From Bacilli bacterium (GTDB lineage Bacteria > Bacillota_I > Bacilli_A > RFN20 > CAG-826): a DNA stretch of 64,000 nucleotides. Both the position numbers and the translations under genes were made by a program. Shown piece after piece: positions 9,109-18,898 of the stretch. The first letter of the stretch is position 1, and each line of letters starts with the position of its first letter. The notes under the pieces were generated by a model. That model did no database searches. It was not told where the DNA came from and saw only the letters and a program-made list of their open reading frames with translations. The stretch covers positions 39,384 to 103,383 of the forward strand of contig JBBAWZ010000001.1 of the NCBI GenBank assembly GCA_040396875.1, written 5' to 3'.

Positions 9109-9645
9109 CATCAATAATCCAAAACCGACCATGGGAATGAAGGAAACATACCAATAACGAAAAAGTTGTTTTGACCGATACAAAGACCAAAGATAAAGGA
9201 CTAAAAAGTCGATTGTCATGATTCCAACTAGGGAATCTTGCATAAACAATTGAAAGTATTGGTTTGGATTTCCTTGCCAAAAAGCCTGCGTGATGATCAC
9301 ACTTGTCAGGATGATTAAAATCATCAACATTGCTTGAACCCATTTGGGTATGGAAACTTGTATAGATTGATGATTTTTATAACCAATCAAGATGCTAAAA
9401 GCACCACCGATAAAGCCAAATAAGAATGGGACGATTCCCCATCTTGAATGAGCTTGAAAAAATAAATAATCGAGTAAGAAGTAAAATGGTACTAACCCCA
9501 TCAAGTTAAAAAATTGAGAAGCGAAAGGGTCTGCAGCACCGTTCAAGATGTCAAATAATAGTGGTGAGTCACTTTGAATAAACAGAACATAGATGAGTGT
9601 GTATATGACAAGCCCCATCCATAATACGAATGCAATTTTGTTCAT
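9082..9645 (-). CDS. polytopic membrane protein of unknown function, co-oriented downstream of the carotenoid desaturase
   Basis: 187 aa with 5-6 predicted TM helices. Its start overlaps the desaturase stop by 4 nt. Confidence 0.55.
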   Translation of the reverse strand: MNKIAFVLWMGLVIYTLIYVLFIQSDSPLLFDILNGAADPFASQFFNLMGLVPFYFLLDYLFFQAHSRWGIVPFLFGFIGGAFSILIGYKNHQSIQVSIPKWVQAMLMILIILTSVIITQAFWQGNPNQYFQLFMQDSLVGIMTIDFLVLYLWSLYRSKQLFRYWYVSFIPMVGFGLLMLLHQGDKK

Positions 9646-11129
9646 GAACCGATTAAATCAGCTGCAATTAATGCGGATTGATAAATCGTAGGTAGGCCAC
9701 TACCTGGATGAGTTCCACCACCAACAAGATAGAGATTTTTAAAGCGTTGAAAACGATTATGGGGTCTAAAATATAAGAGCTGACTGAAATCATGCGATAA
9801 ATTAAAATTAGCCCCTAAATAAACATGATATTGATCTTGCCAATCTAGTGGGGTGATGATGTGTTGTTTAAGAATATGTTTTCGTAAATCTTTCATACCT
9901 GGAAGTTTTTCAATGCGAGTTAGGATTAAATCTGTATAAGATTTTGTGATGGTTTTCCAGTCGAGGTTAGCTTTTAAATTAGGTACAGGAACGAGGATAT
10001 ACATCGCACTTTGGTTTTCCGGTGCAAAACTACGATCGATGATACTTGGGTTTTGAATGTAGAAGGAGGGATCTTTAGATAAGGTGAGATCTTTTGTTAG
10101 TTCTTTAACATAATGACCGTAGTCCTTTGAAAAGATAACATTATGATGGGCAATTGGAAAAACTTTATCTAATCCTAGGTAAAGATTAAACGTGGAACAG
10201 GAGTATTTAAGTTTGGATAATGAATTATTTCGATATCGAGTTGGTCTTGATTTTTCATCAATCAATTGAATCGCTTGGCTAAAGTCACCATTGATGACAA
10301 CTTGATCAACTTTAATCCACTTTTGATTCACTTTGATACGTTGAATATGTTTCTTTTCAACTTCAATTTTTTGAACTTGTTGGCTAAGTTTGATTGTTAC
10401 ACCCATCTCGGTGGCTAACTTTGCCATCGCTTCATTTAGTTGATAAAGACCACCCATTACATGATAAACACCATATTCATGTTCCATAAACGATAACATA
10501 CTGAAAATGGAAGGACATTCCCAAGGAGACATGCCTAGATACTTAGCTTGAAAAGCCATGGAATAGATGAGTTCATCTTGATGAAAAAACTTTTTTAATC
10601 GTTGATAGAGTGATTTTCCCAAATCAATTTCATCAAGTGCGGACAATACTTTTGGATTCAAAATTTGAAATGGTGAATGAAAAGGAAGCTGTAAAATCGG
10701 TAATAATTTTTTTAATCTTCTCGATTCTTTTTTTAAATAAAGTTGATAACCATTTTCTTCTCCAGGAAAAACCCGATGAATTTCTTTCATCATCTTGCCA
10801 TGGTCTTGATAAGGTCTAAAAACTTTATTGGTGAAATATAAATCATAGAGGGGTTCAATTGGTTTTAATGTTACGTAATCTTCAAGTTTTTTCCCGATTC
10901 TTTTAAATACTTCATCTAATACATAACGATAAATAAAGAAGGTGGGACCAGCATCAAATGAAAAGTTATCTAATTTAATAACACTTGACCTTCCACCCAC
11001 TCGATCATTACGTTCATATACAGTAACGTCATGGCCTTGATGTGCAAGTAATAAACTTGCTGCTAAGCCACCAGGACCAGCACCTATCACTGCAATTTTT
11101 TGTTTTGAATTAATTTTTTTGGATTTCAT
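9642..11129 (-). CDS. CrtI/CrtN-family FAD-dependent carotenoid (phytoene/diapophytoene) desaturase
   Basis: N-terminal Rossmann [37 protein letters not shown]-terminal [22 protein letters not shown] typical of CrtI/CrtN. Start moved to MKSKKINSK. Confidence 0.8.
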   Translation of the reverse strand: MKSKKINSKQKIAVIGAGPGGLAASLLLAHQGHDVTVYERNDRVGGRSSVIKLDNFSFDAGPTFFIYRYVLDEVFKRIGKKLEDYVTLKPIEPLYDLYFTNKVFRPYQDHGKMMKEIHRVFPGEENGYQLYLKKESRRLKKLLPILQLPFHSPFQILNPKVLSALDEIDLGKSLYQRLKKFFHQDELIYSMAFQAKYLGMSPWECPSIFSMLSFMEHEYGVYHVMGGLYQLNEAMAKLATEMGVTIKLSQQVQKIEVEKKHIQRIKVNQKWIKVDQVVINGDFSQAIQLIDEKSRPTRYRNNSLSKLKYSCSTFNLYLGLDKVFPIAHHNVIFSKDYGHYVKELTKDLTLSKDPSFYIQNPSIIDRSFAPENQSAMYILVPVPNLKANLDWKTITKSYTDLILTRIEKLPGMKDLRKHILKQHIITPLDWQDQYHVYLGANFNLSHDFSQLLYFRPHNRFQRFKNLYLVGGGTHPGSGLPTIYQSALIAADLIGS

Positions 11130-11171
11130 AAAAAAGACTGACTTTATTATACATTTGAATTCTTTTTTTTG

Positions 11172-11200
11172 TTGTTGAAATATTTGCATTTTTTTATAAT
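11172..11200 (+). promoter_or_regulatory. promoter of the rimP-nusA-infB operon (TTGTTG-17-TATAAT)
   Basis: -35 at 11172-11177, -10 at 11195-11200. Confidence 0.5.
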
Positions 11201-11255
11201 TAGTGTATATTAAAGGTGCTTAAGAACGAATCTTAGGCCCTCGCAACAAAATTAC

Positions 11256-11287
11256 GAGAGTGGAGTAATCCACTCTTTGTTTTTTTA
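11256..11287 (+). terminator. strong intrinsic terminator inside the rimP leader
   Basis: 9-bp stem GAGAGTGGA / TCCACTCTT, GTAA tetraloop, then TGTTTTTTT. The T-tract ends at the rimP SD AAGGAG (11287-11292). Confidence 0.7.
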
Positions 11288-11296
11288 AGGAGATCT

Positions 11297-11764
11297 ATGA
11301 CAGTCATTGAAAAAATCGAAGAATTGATTAAACCCCCCATTGAATCGCTGGGGTTAGCCTTATTTGAAGTCACGATGACTCTTGAACAAGGAGAAAAGTT
11401 TCTAAGAGTCCTTATTGAGAAGCCAAACGGCCGAATCGGACTACAAGAAATTATCCAAGTTACACAATTGATTAATCCAATCCTAGATCAAGCCGACATT
11501 ATTCCTGAACATTACGTCTTAGATGTTGCAAGTGCGGGTGTCGAACATCCGATTCATCTAGATGAATTACCACAATATATCCAGCGATTAATCTACCTTC
11601 ACTTAATGCATCCGTTTGAAGGTGAAAATATGCTTGAGGGTAAACTGATGCACATTCAAGATGATTACATTCAACTAGAAGTAATGTTCAAGGCAAGAAA
11701 AAGACTACTGACAATTAAACGAAAGGACATTGACTACGCAAGATTAGCGGTAGCAATGAAATAA
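11297..11764 (+). CDS. rimP: ribosome maturation factor RimP
   Basis: RimP/YlxS family; conserved position upstream of nusA. Confidence 0.85.
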   Translation: MTVIEKIEELIKPPIESLGLALFEVTMTLEQGEKFLRVLIEKPNGRIGLQEIIQVTQLINPILDQADIIPEHYVLDVASAGVEHPIHLDELPQYIQRLIYLHLMHPFEGENMLEGKLMHIQDDYIQLEVMFKARKRLLTIKRKDIDYARLAVAMK

Positions 11765-11774
11765 AAAAATTACC

Positions 11775-13466
11775 ATGATTGATACCAAAGCATTAATCCA
11801 AGCCATCGACCTCATTGAACAAGAAAAAGGCATTTCAAAAGATGCAATTGTGATTGCCCTAAAGGAAGCTTTAGAAAAGGCTTATCGAAAACAACTTGGG
11901 TCGATTGATGATGCTCTTGTAAGAGCTGATATTGACCTCAAAAAAGGGATCATCAAATTATTCCAACTCAAAACCGTTGTTGAAAATGTTGAAGATGACT
12001 TTTTAGAAATTTCTTTAGAAGAAGTCAAAGCACTTGGTCTAACCTACAACATTGGGGACACCTATCAAATTGAGGCCTCTCCAGAAGATTTCCAAAAATC
12101 CGCTGCGATGACTGTTAAAGCAATTCTAAGACAAAAAATTGCAGAAGCTGAAAAATCAGCATTATTTGGAGTCTATAAAGATAAAATTGGGGAAATGATT
12201 GTTGGTCAAGTCGAAAAAATTGATGAACGTTCTGCAATTGTAAATATTGGAAGAACCTCAGTTTATTTGCCTAGTTCAAAACGAATCCCAGGTGAAACAT
12301 TTAAAGTTGGTGATCGCATTAAGCTTTATGTTGTGGATGTTGAATCAACAACAAAAGGTGCACAAATTGCTGTCTCAAGAATTCATGAAGGGTTCTTAAG
12401 ACGTTTATTTGAAGAAGAATTACCAGAAATTTATGAAGGCACCGTTATTATTAAGGACATTGCACGTGAAGCTGGACTTCGTTCTAAGGTTGCCGTTTAT
12501 TCACTTGACCCAAATGTTGATGCTGCAGGTGCTTGTATTGGTCAAAACGGATCAAGAATTCAAAAAATTGTAGGTCAATTAGGTAACGCAAAGGATAAAG
12601 AAAAGATTGATATTATTGCGTATACCGAAAACTTACCCTTATATTTGGTTGAATCTTTAAAACCAGCTCAGGTGACCGGTATTATTGTCGATGAAGTCAA
12701 CAAAAAAGCCACCATGATCATTGCCGATGAAAATCTTGGAACAGCTATCGGCAGACGAGGTGTCAATCCACGTTTAGCCACAAAATTAACAGGTTATCAA
12801 ATCGAAATAAAGGATTTAACAGCTGCAACATCAGAAGGCTTAAAATACTTAGCAGTTGATCAATTAAGAACCCAAGATGATTTAAGAAAGCAACGAGAAG
12901 CACTTCCAAATCCTACACAAGGTCAACGTTCAAGTTCATCATCTAATCGCGTTCATGATGAGTCTTTTACGATGGAAGATGTTATGTCACCACGACATGA
13001 TGAAGCCACTGTTGAAAAAGTTGCTAAAGAAAAAGATAAGGATGATTTAGAAGTGGTCGCACCGGTAACGGTTCCAACCTCTACTGTCAAAGTTAATGAA
13101 CCTGTGATGAAGCCGACTCCAAAAGTCATCTCCAAACCCACTGTCGTTCAAGAAACACCTAAAGTTACTGTCGTTAAAACCACAAAAACCCTTGAAGAAC
13201 TTGAAAAGCAACTTGAGCAACAAAAAGCGAGAACCCCAAAACCAGATCGTTTTGATAAAAAGAAAAAACCCTTTAAGAAGAGAGAACGTGACGACAAACC
13301 AGCCACACCGAATATCGGTGCATCACCAGAATCTGTTAACCCAGCAAACTTTATGAAAATCTATGATGATGAAACACCTGTTACTGAAGAAACACCTGTT
13401 GCAGAAGTAGAAGAAACGGAAACCGATATTGAGGACTTCGATGAATATTACGAAGAAGAAAAATAG
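11775..13466 (+). CDS. nusA: transcription termination/antitermination factor NusA with ~200-aa low-complexity C-terminal tail
   Basis: NusA N-domain, S1 and two KH domains (GACIGQNGSRIQ). A K/E/T/P-rich tail ends in DFDEYYEEEK. Confidence 0.9.
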   Translation: MIDTKALIQAIDLIEQEKGISKDAIVIALKEALEKAYRKQLGSIDDALVRADIDLKKGIIKLFQLKTVVENVEDDFLEISLEEVKALGLTYNIGDTYQIEASPEDFQKSAAMTVKAILRQKIAEAEKSALFGVYKDKIGEMIVGQVEKIDERSAIVNIGRTSVYLPSSKRIPGETFKVGDRIKLYVVDVESTTKGAQIAVSRIHEGFLRRLFEEELPEIYEGTVIIKDIAREAGLRSKVAVYSLDPNVDAAGACIGQNGSRIQKIVGQLGNAKDKEKIDIIAYTENLPLYLVESLKPAQVTGIIVDEVNKKATMIIADENLGTAIGRRGVNPRLATKLTGYQIEIKDLTAATSEGLKYLAVDQLRTQDDLRKQREALPNPTQGQRSSSSSNRVHDESFTMEDVMSPRHDEATVEKVAKEKDKDDLEVVAPVTVPTSTVKVNEPVMKPTPKVISKPTVVQETPKVTVVKTTKTLEELEKQLEQQKARTPKPDRFDKKKKPFKKRERDDKPATPNIGASPESVNPANFMKIYDDETPVTEETPVAEVEETETDIEDFDEYYEEEK

Positions 13467-13722
13467 TATTCCTCTTCGTCGTTGTATGGTCACAGGCGAG
13501 CAATTGCCCAAATCGTCTTTAATTCGCATCGTAAAAACTCCTGATCAACAATTACAGATTGACCTTACGCCATCCGGTAAACTAAATGGACGTGGTGCAT
13601 ATTTAAAAAAAGATCCTTCTTTATTGGAATTACTAAAAAAAGGACGTTTCATCCAAAAGCATTTACATATCGAACCTAATGATTTGTTCTATCAGGAATT
13701 AGAAAACCTTCTTCATGGATAA
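13441..13722 (+). CDS. ylxR: YlxR/DUF448 RNA-binding protein
   Basis: PLRRCMVTGE motif (equivalent to PLRTCxxC). Conserved slot between nusA and the L7Ae gene. Start overlaps the nusA 3' end. Confidence 0.7.
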   Translation: MNITKKKNSIPLRRCMVTGEQLPKSSLIRIVKTPDQQLQIDLTPSGKLNGRGAYLKKDPSLLELLKKGRFIQKHLHIEPNDLFYQELENLLHG

Positions 13723-14032
13723 ATGGTTACAACAGTTACACTTTGTCATCAAAGCACGCGCTTATCTCACTGGTGAGCTTGCGATGAGGGCGCTATCCAA
13801 GAAACAGGTATATTACGTGATCATTGCCTCTGATACTTCCATCAACCATTTACAATCCATCCAAGAACGATTGCATTATTATCATATCCCCTCGATTGTC
13901 ACATTAACAAAATCTAAGTTGTCTGAATTAACAGGGTTAAAACAAATTGTGATGATTGCCATTACCAATTCAAATTTAGCAAAGACCCTCAAAGAAAAGG
14001 AGCCATTTTATGAAAAAAACTCCGACCATTAG
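13715..14032 (+). CDS. L7Ae-family ribosomal-protein-like protein (YlxQ)
   Basis: About 100 aa L7Ae/L30e-like, in the conserved slot before infB. Confidence 0.65.
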   Translation: MDKWLQQLHFVIKARAYLTGELAMRALSKKQVYYVIIASDTSINHLQSIQERLHYYHIPSIVTLTKSKLSELTGLKQIVMIAITNSNLAKTLKEKEPFYEKNSDH

Positions 14033-15833
14033 ACAAGAAAACACCCAAGGAAATCTTGGTAAAACTGAAACCGCTAAAGTAGCAGGTGATGTTTTTATTT
14101 ATAACGAACCTATGACCTTGAGTGCTTTTGCTGCAAAATTAAACAAACCTGCTCCTGAAATTATCAAGTTTTTATTTCTCAATAAGAAAATGATTACGAT
14201 GAATGCGATGCTTGATGATGAAACCATCGGATTAGTGTGTTTACATTATGGTTTAGATTTTAAAAAGGAAAAGGTAGTTGCAGCAGAAAATATTGAAGAT
14301 TATGTCATGGAAGATGCTGCCAAAAACTTAGTTGAAAGACCACCTGTCGTCACGATTATGGGACACGTTGATCATGGTAAAACAACATTAATTGATGCAA
14401 TAAGAAGTTCGAACATCGCAGAAGGCGAGTTTGGTGGAATATCGCAAGCGATTGGTGCCTATCAAAGAGAATTTAAAGGAAAGCGCATCACGTTTATCGA
14501 CACCCCTGGACACGCAGCTTTTACAGCGATGCGAAGCCGTGGTGCTAAAGTAACCGATATCGTTGTCCTAGTAGTGGCAGCTGATGATGGCGTTATGCAG
14601 CAAACCAGAGAAGCGATTGATCATGCCGTTGCCGCGGAAGTACCGATCCTTGTTGCAATTAATAAGATGGATAAACCCACAGCCAACCCTAAACGTGTTA
14701 AAGAAGAATTAATGAAACTAAACATTATCGCTGAAGAATATGGCGGTGAAAATATCTTTGTTGAAATCTCTGCTAAAGCAAAAACTGGAATCGATGAATT
14801 GTTAGAAAATATTTTACTGATGGCTGAGGTCAAAGAGTTAAAAGCTAACCCCGATCGATATGCTTCTGGGACAGTTTTAGAAGCAGTGTTGGATAAACGC
14901 GAAGGTCCCAAAGCAACTTTACTAATTGAAAACGGTACGCTTAACGCGTCTGATTATCTCGTAGTCGGTAGTGTTTTTGGTAAGGTTCGTAGAATGACGA
15001 ATGAATATCAAAAGGCTCTAAAAAATGCGACACCTTCAACACCAGTTGAAGTGATTGGGCTTAGTGAAGTTCCAATTGCAGGTGACTCTTTCATGGCATT
15101 TCCAACTGAAAAACAAGCGAAAGAAATTGCAGAAAAACGTCAATTACAAAAGACGGAAAACTCCCGTCAATTAAGTAATATCAATTCAATTGAAGCCCTA
15201 AATGAAAAGCTTAGTGCGGGTGACTTAACATCGATTAATTTGATTATCAAAACTGATAACACTGGTTCATTAGAGGCGATTAAAGCTTCATTAGAAAAAT
15301 TAAATGCAGAAGGCGTCAAACTCAAGATTATTAGAACCGATATAGGTGCCATTACTGAGAATGATTTAATGTTAGCTCTTTCTTCTAAAGCGCTCATTTA
15401 TGGTTTTAATATTCGCCCTGATTCATCCATCCAACAAAAGGCAAATGAATTAAAGGTGGATATTCGTTTACATCGCATCATCTATGCTTTGCTTGAAGAA
15501 GTGGAAGCGATGATGAAGGGTAAAGTCAAAATCAAGATGGTGGAAACCAAACTTGGGCAATTTGAAATTCGTCAGATTTTCAAGTTAACCAAAGCTGGTG
15601 TTGTTGCCGGTGGCATGGTTACGAGCGGGCAAATGGTCAATCAAGCCATGATTCGCTTACTTAGAAATGGTGCGATTGTTCATGAAGGAAAAATTAGTTC
15701 TTTAAAAAGATTAAAAGATGAAGTCAAAGAAGTTAAAACAGGTTTTGAATGTGGAGTCGCGATTGAAAATTATCAAGATATGAAGGTTGGCGATATCATT
15801 GAAGCTTATCAAATGGTGGAGGACAAGGCATGA
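14010..15833 (+). CDS. infB: translation initiation factor IF-2 (short form)
   Basis: GTPase motifs [14 protein letters not shown] and NKMD; IF2 C-terminal domains. Confidence 0.9.
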   Translation: MKKTPTIRQENTQGNLGKTETAKVAGDVFIYNEPMTLSAFAAKLNKPAPEIIKFLFLNKKMITMNAMLDDETIGLVCLHYGLDFKKEKVVAAENIEDYVMEDAAKNLVERPPVVTIMGHVDHGKTTLIDAIRSSNIAEGEFGGISQAIGAYQREFKGKRITFIDTPGHAAFTAMRSRGAKVTDIVVLVVAADDGVMQQTREAIDHAVAAEVPILVAINKMDKPTANPKRVKEELMKLNIIAEEYGGENIFVEISAKAKTGIDELLENILLMAEVKELKANPDRYASGTVLEAVLDKREGPKATLLIENGTLNASDYLVVGSVFGKVRRMTNEYQKALKNATPSTPVEVIGLSEVPIAGDSFMAFPTEKQAKEIAEKRQLQKTENSRQLSNINSIEALNEKLSAGDLTSINLIIKTDNTGSLEAIKASLEKLNAEGVKLKIIRTDIGAITENDLMLALSSKALIYGFNIRPDSSIQQKANELKVDIRLHRIIYALLEEVEAMMKGKVKIKMVETKLGQFEIRQIFKLTKAGVVAGGMVTSGQMVNQAMIRLLRNGAIVHEGKISSLKRLKDEVKEVKTGFECGVAIENYQDMKVGDIIEAYQMVEDKA

Positions 15834-16177
15834 ACCATAGACAATCTCGTGTAAATTCAACCATCGTCAAACACATTACTGATATCATTCAATTTTCACT
15901 TAAAAATCCTCAGGTTCGTTTTGTGACAGTCACAGATGCCCAAGTAACCGCGGATCACACCTATGCCAAAATTTTTGTTTCTTTTATGGGAGCAGAAGAT
16001 AGTTTAAAACAATTAGAAATTCTTAGAAAAGCAAAAGGGTTTATTCGCACTGAACTAGCCCAACGTATGGATATTTATAAGGTACCTGATCTTGCGTTTT
16101 TTCTCGATGACACCTTTGAAAAAGCAGAAAAACTTGAAAAAACGATTGCCGATGCGAAAGCAAAACTTAAAAAGTAG
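15830..16177 (+). CDS. rbfA: ribosome-binding factor A
   Basis: RbfA family; conserved position after infB. Confidence 0.85.
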   Translation: MNHRQSRVNSTIVKHITDIIQFSLKNPQVRFVTVTDAQVTADHTYAKIFVSFMGAEDSLKQLEILRKAKGFIRTELAQRMDIYKVPDLAFFLDDTFEKAEKLEKTIADAKAKLKK

Positions 16178-16649
16178 TCCTCTTTAATTTCTTTTCCATT
16201 TCAATATGCTCAATATTGGCCTCTAAAAAGGTTTTACCAATCGGTTTATAACCTAAATCAAGATAAAATTTTTTTAAGTATATCTGCGCGTGGAGTTTAA
16301 TAGTGACGGTTGGATAAAGTCCGACAATATATTGCTCAAACCAACGCATCATCGTTTTTCCAAATCCTTGCATACGGTAACCTTTTAATAAGGCAATACG
16401 ACCTGGATGAATGTTCTGTTGATCATCCTTGTAATAACGCATAGTTCCAATTGGCACATGGTCTAAAAAGAATAAGAATGAAACGCTTGCCATGTCACTT
16501 CCATCAAATTCCTCATCAACTGATATCTTTTGTTCCTCGACAAATACTTTATAACGTAAATAACTAACCGTCATGCCTTCATAGGCTGTGGTTACCAATT
16601 TCACTTTTAATGGAGAATTAGGAATGATTAATAAATGTGGGGCTGCCAT
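16167..16649 (-). CDS. GNAT-family N-acetyltransferase
   Basis: Acetyl-CoA-binding motif RIALLKGYRMQGFGKTMM. Antisense to the surrounding operon; its 3' end overlaps rbfA convergently by 11 nt. Confidence 0.7.
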   Translation of the reverse strand: MAAPHLLIIPNSPLKVKLVTTAYEGMTVSYLRYKVFVEEQKISVDEEFDGSDMASVSFLFFLDHVPIGTMRYYKDDQQNIHPGRIALLKGYRMQGFGKTMMRWFEQYIVGLYPTVTIKLHAQIYLKKFYLDLGYKPIGKTFLEANIEHIEMEKKLKRTTF

Positions 16650-16702
16650 TGAGAATGCCTTCTTTCTATTGATAATGTTATGATGTTATAGGAACTTTAT
16701 CA

Positions 16703-17551
16703 ATGGATGGAATTTACTTACTAAATAAACCAAGTGGGATTACCTCACGAGATTTAGTCGATGGTCTTGGAAAAAAATTCAATACAAAAAAGGTTGGTCA
16801 TACTGGAACCTTAGATCCTTTTGCTGATGGATTGATGATTTTAACCGTAGGTAAGGCAACAAAAGCCGGCATGTTTATTGAAGCGCTTGATAAACGATAC
16901 GAAGCAACCATTCAATTAGGGTCTAAAACCGATACGGGAGACTTAACCGGCACGGTGATTGCAACTACTCCCTTAATTGAACTATATGATCAATATGTCA
17001 ATGACACCTTAGAATCGATGATTGGTCCTCAAATGCAAACCCCACCGATGTATTCTGCAATTAAGCAAAATGGAACACCATTGTATGTCTTAGCTAGAGA
17101 AGGAAAAACCGTCGATCGTGAACCAAGAAAAATCTTTATTCATGAAATGAAATTAATTAAATTATCCAAAGATAGTATTCGCTTTTCGGTTAAATGTTCT
17201 AAAGGCACGTACGTCAGAACATTAGCAGAAGATATTGCAAATAAATTTGGTCTTGTAGGACATTTAACCCATCTTACTCGCATTGCCATTGGCCAATATA
17301 AATTAGCTGCCGCCATGTCACTAGATGCTATCACAGTCAACAATCGTTTAAGTGTTTATCAGGCTCTTTCATTTATGGATCAAGTGGTAATCAATGATCC
17401 CCTTCAAATCAAAGCCATTAAAGATGGTAAACCTTTTATCAATCAACATCCTAAGCATCGTTTATTACTGATTGATGGTCAACAAAACGTACTCGCCATT
17501 TACGATCGTTTTGAAGGCAATGTTTTTAAACCTGTAAGAGGCTTATTTTAA
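16703..17551 (+). CDS. truB: tRNA pseudouridine(55) synthase
   Basis: TruB motifs (GHTGTLDPFADGLM). Confidence 0.9.
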   Translation: MDGIYLLNKPSGITSRDLVDGLGKKFNTKKVGHTGTLDPFADGLMILTVGKATKAGMFIEALDKRYEATIQLGSKTDTGDLTGTVIATTPLIELYDQYVNDTLESMIGPQMQTPPMYSAIKQNGTPLYVLAREGKTVDREPRKIFIHEMKLIKLSKDSIRFSVKCSKGTYVRTLAEDIANKFGLVGHLTHLTRIAIGQYKLAAAMSLDAITVNNRLSVYQALSFMDQVVINDPLQIKAIKDGKPFINQHPKHRLLLIDGQQNVLAIYDRFEGNVFKPVRGLF

Positions 17552-18459
17552 TGCAAGTATGGGAAACAGATTTAACTTCTAAACCTTTTTCAATTCCAAA
17601 CCTGACCATATGTTTGGGCTATTTTGATGGTGTTCACCTTGGTCATCAAGCTCTAATAAAAAAAGGTTCATCCTTGGGCAAACCTCTGGCTGTTTTAACC
17701 TTTGATCGAAACCCAAAACCAGGTAGAGAAAAACAGAGTTTGACTCCTCTAAAATCAAAAAAAAATCTTCTTGAAAGTCTTCGAGTAGACTATTTGATTG
17801 TTGTTCAATTTAATGAACATGTGAAAAGTTTAACGCCTGCTCAATTTCTTAACTATTTATATGCGATGGGCGCTAGACAGATTGTTTGTGGTCCTGACTT
17901 TACTTTTGGCTCAGAAGGAAAAGGTAACACCTCTACGATTAAACTTGATTCACGATTTAAACTTTATACCGTTGAAAACTTAATGATCGATGGGAAAAAA
18001 ATCTCAACACGGGATATTGTCGCTCATCTTGATGAGGGAAAACTTGAGAAAATTCCATCATTTTTAGGGCGTCCATATGTTGTGGAGGGTTTAGTAGGTA
18101 AGGGTCTAGGTGAAGGAAGAAAAATGGGTTATCCCACTGCTAATATTGTTTTGGATGCACCTTATTATTTACCTAAAAATGGTGTGTATATTACCTTAAT
18201 TAAAATCGATCACCAAACCTATTATTCGCTCTCGAGTTTAGGTTTCCACCCAACTGTAGCTAACTTAAGCCATCCAACCCTCGAAGTATTTGTACTTAAT
18301 TTTGAAGCTAATTTATATGAAAAACATGTTGAGGTAGCGTTTTTACATTACCTAAGACCAGAACAAAAGTTTCCTTCCAAAGAAGCACTTGTACAACAAA
18401 TGAATCAAGATAAAGCAAAGGCGCTATCGTTACAATCAATTTTACCGAGAGATTTTTAG
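17551..18459 (+). CDS. ribF: bifunctional riboflavin kinase/FAD synthetase
   Basis: FAD-synthetase N-domain (GYFDGVHLGHQ) plus riboflavin-kinase C-domain. Confidence 0.9.
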   Translation: MQVWETDLTSKPFSIPNLTICLGYFDGVHLGHQALIKKGSSLGKPLAVLTFDRNPKPGREKQSLTPLKSKKNLLESLRVDYLIVVQFNEHVKSLTPAQFLNYLYAMGARQIVCGPDFTFGSEGKGNTSTIKLDSRFKLYTVENLMIDGKKISTRDIVAHLDEGKLEKIPSFLGRPYVVEGLVGKGLGEGRKMGYPTANIVLDAPYYLPKNGVYITLIKIDHQTYYSLSSLGFHPTVANLSHPTLEVFVLNFEANLYEKHVEVAFLHYLRPEQKFPSKEALVQQMNQDKAKALSLQSILPRDF

Positions 18460-18570
18460 TTGCAATTTACCGACCAACGCCTATAATACGTATAGACCTT
18501 AATCGATGTTCACCGGTTTTTCCACTAGGTGATCGCTGATAAGGCCATTCATGAACCAGGAGGAAACATC
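18460..18570 (+). promoter_or_regulatory. rpsO promoter (TTGCAA-16-TATAAT, 18460-18487) and ~80-nt structured 5' leader
   Basis: Hairpin TCACC-N13-GGTGA in the leader, with SD GGAGGA before the ATG at 18571. Candidate S15 autoregulatory leader. Confidence 0.45.
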
Positions 18571-18840
18571 ATGAGTTTAACGAAAGAACAAGTCGCGAAT
18601 TTAACGAAAGCCTACGGTAAGTCTGCAACGGATACTGGATCAACTGAAGTCCAAATCGCCATCTTATCAGAACAAATCAAAGAATTAACCGAACACTTAA
18701 AAGGTCATCCAAATGATCACCATGGTCGACGGGGATTACTTGTCTTAGTCGGTCGTCGTAGCCGATTATTACGATTCTTAGAAAAATCTAATCGTGATAG
18801 TTACCTTGTCGTGATTGAAAAGCTTGGATTAAGAAAGTAA
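18571..18840 (+). CDS. rpsO: 30S ribosomal protein S15
   Basis: S15 family, 89 aa, start MSLTKEQVANL. Confidence 0.9.
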   Translation: MSLTKEQVANLTKAYGKSATDTGSTEVQIAILSEQIKELTEHLKGHPNDHHGRRGLLVLVGRRSRLLRFLEKSNRDSYLVVIEKLGLRK

Positions 18841-18848
18841 ACTTGAAA

Positions 18849-18877
18849 AACCATTCATACGTGAATGGTTTTTTTTA
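18849..18877 (+). terminator. intrinsic terminator after rpsO: 9-bp stem AACCATTCA/TGAATGGTT, TACG loop, T8
   Basis: Read directly from the sequence. Confidence 0.8.
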
Positions 18878-18898
18878 TTGAATGTAAAGGAGAATCTT

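Noticed and set aside
7542-11190. Possible tRNA-flanked genomic island (thyX, hydrolase, membrane protein, desaturase)
   Set aside because: I found no direct repeat of the tRNA 3' end and no integrase or mobile genes. thyX is a core gene.
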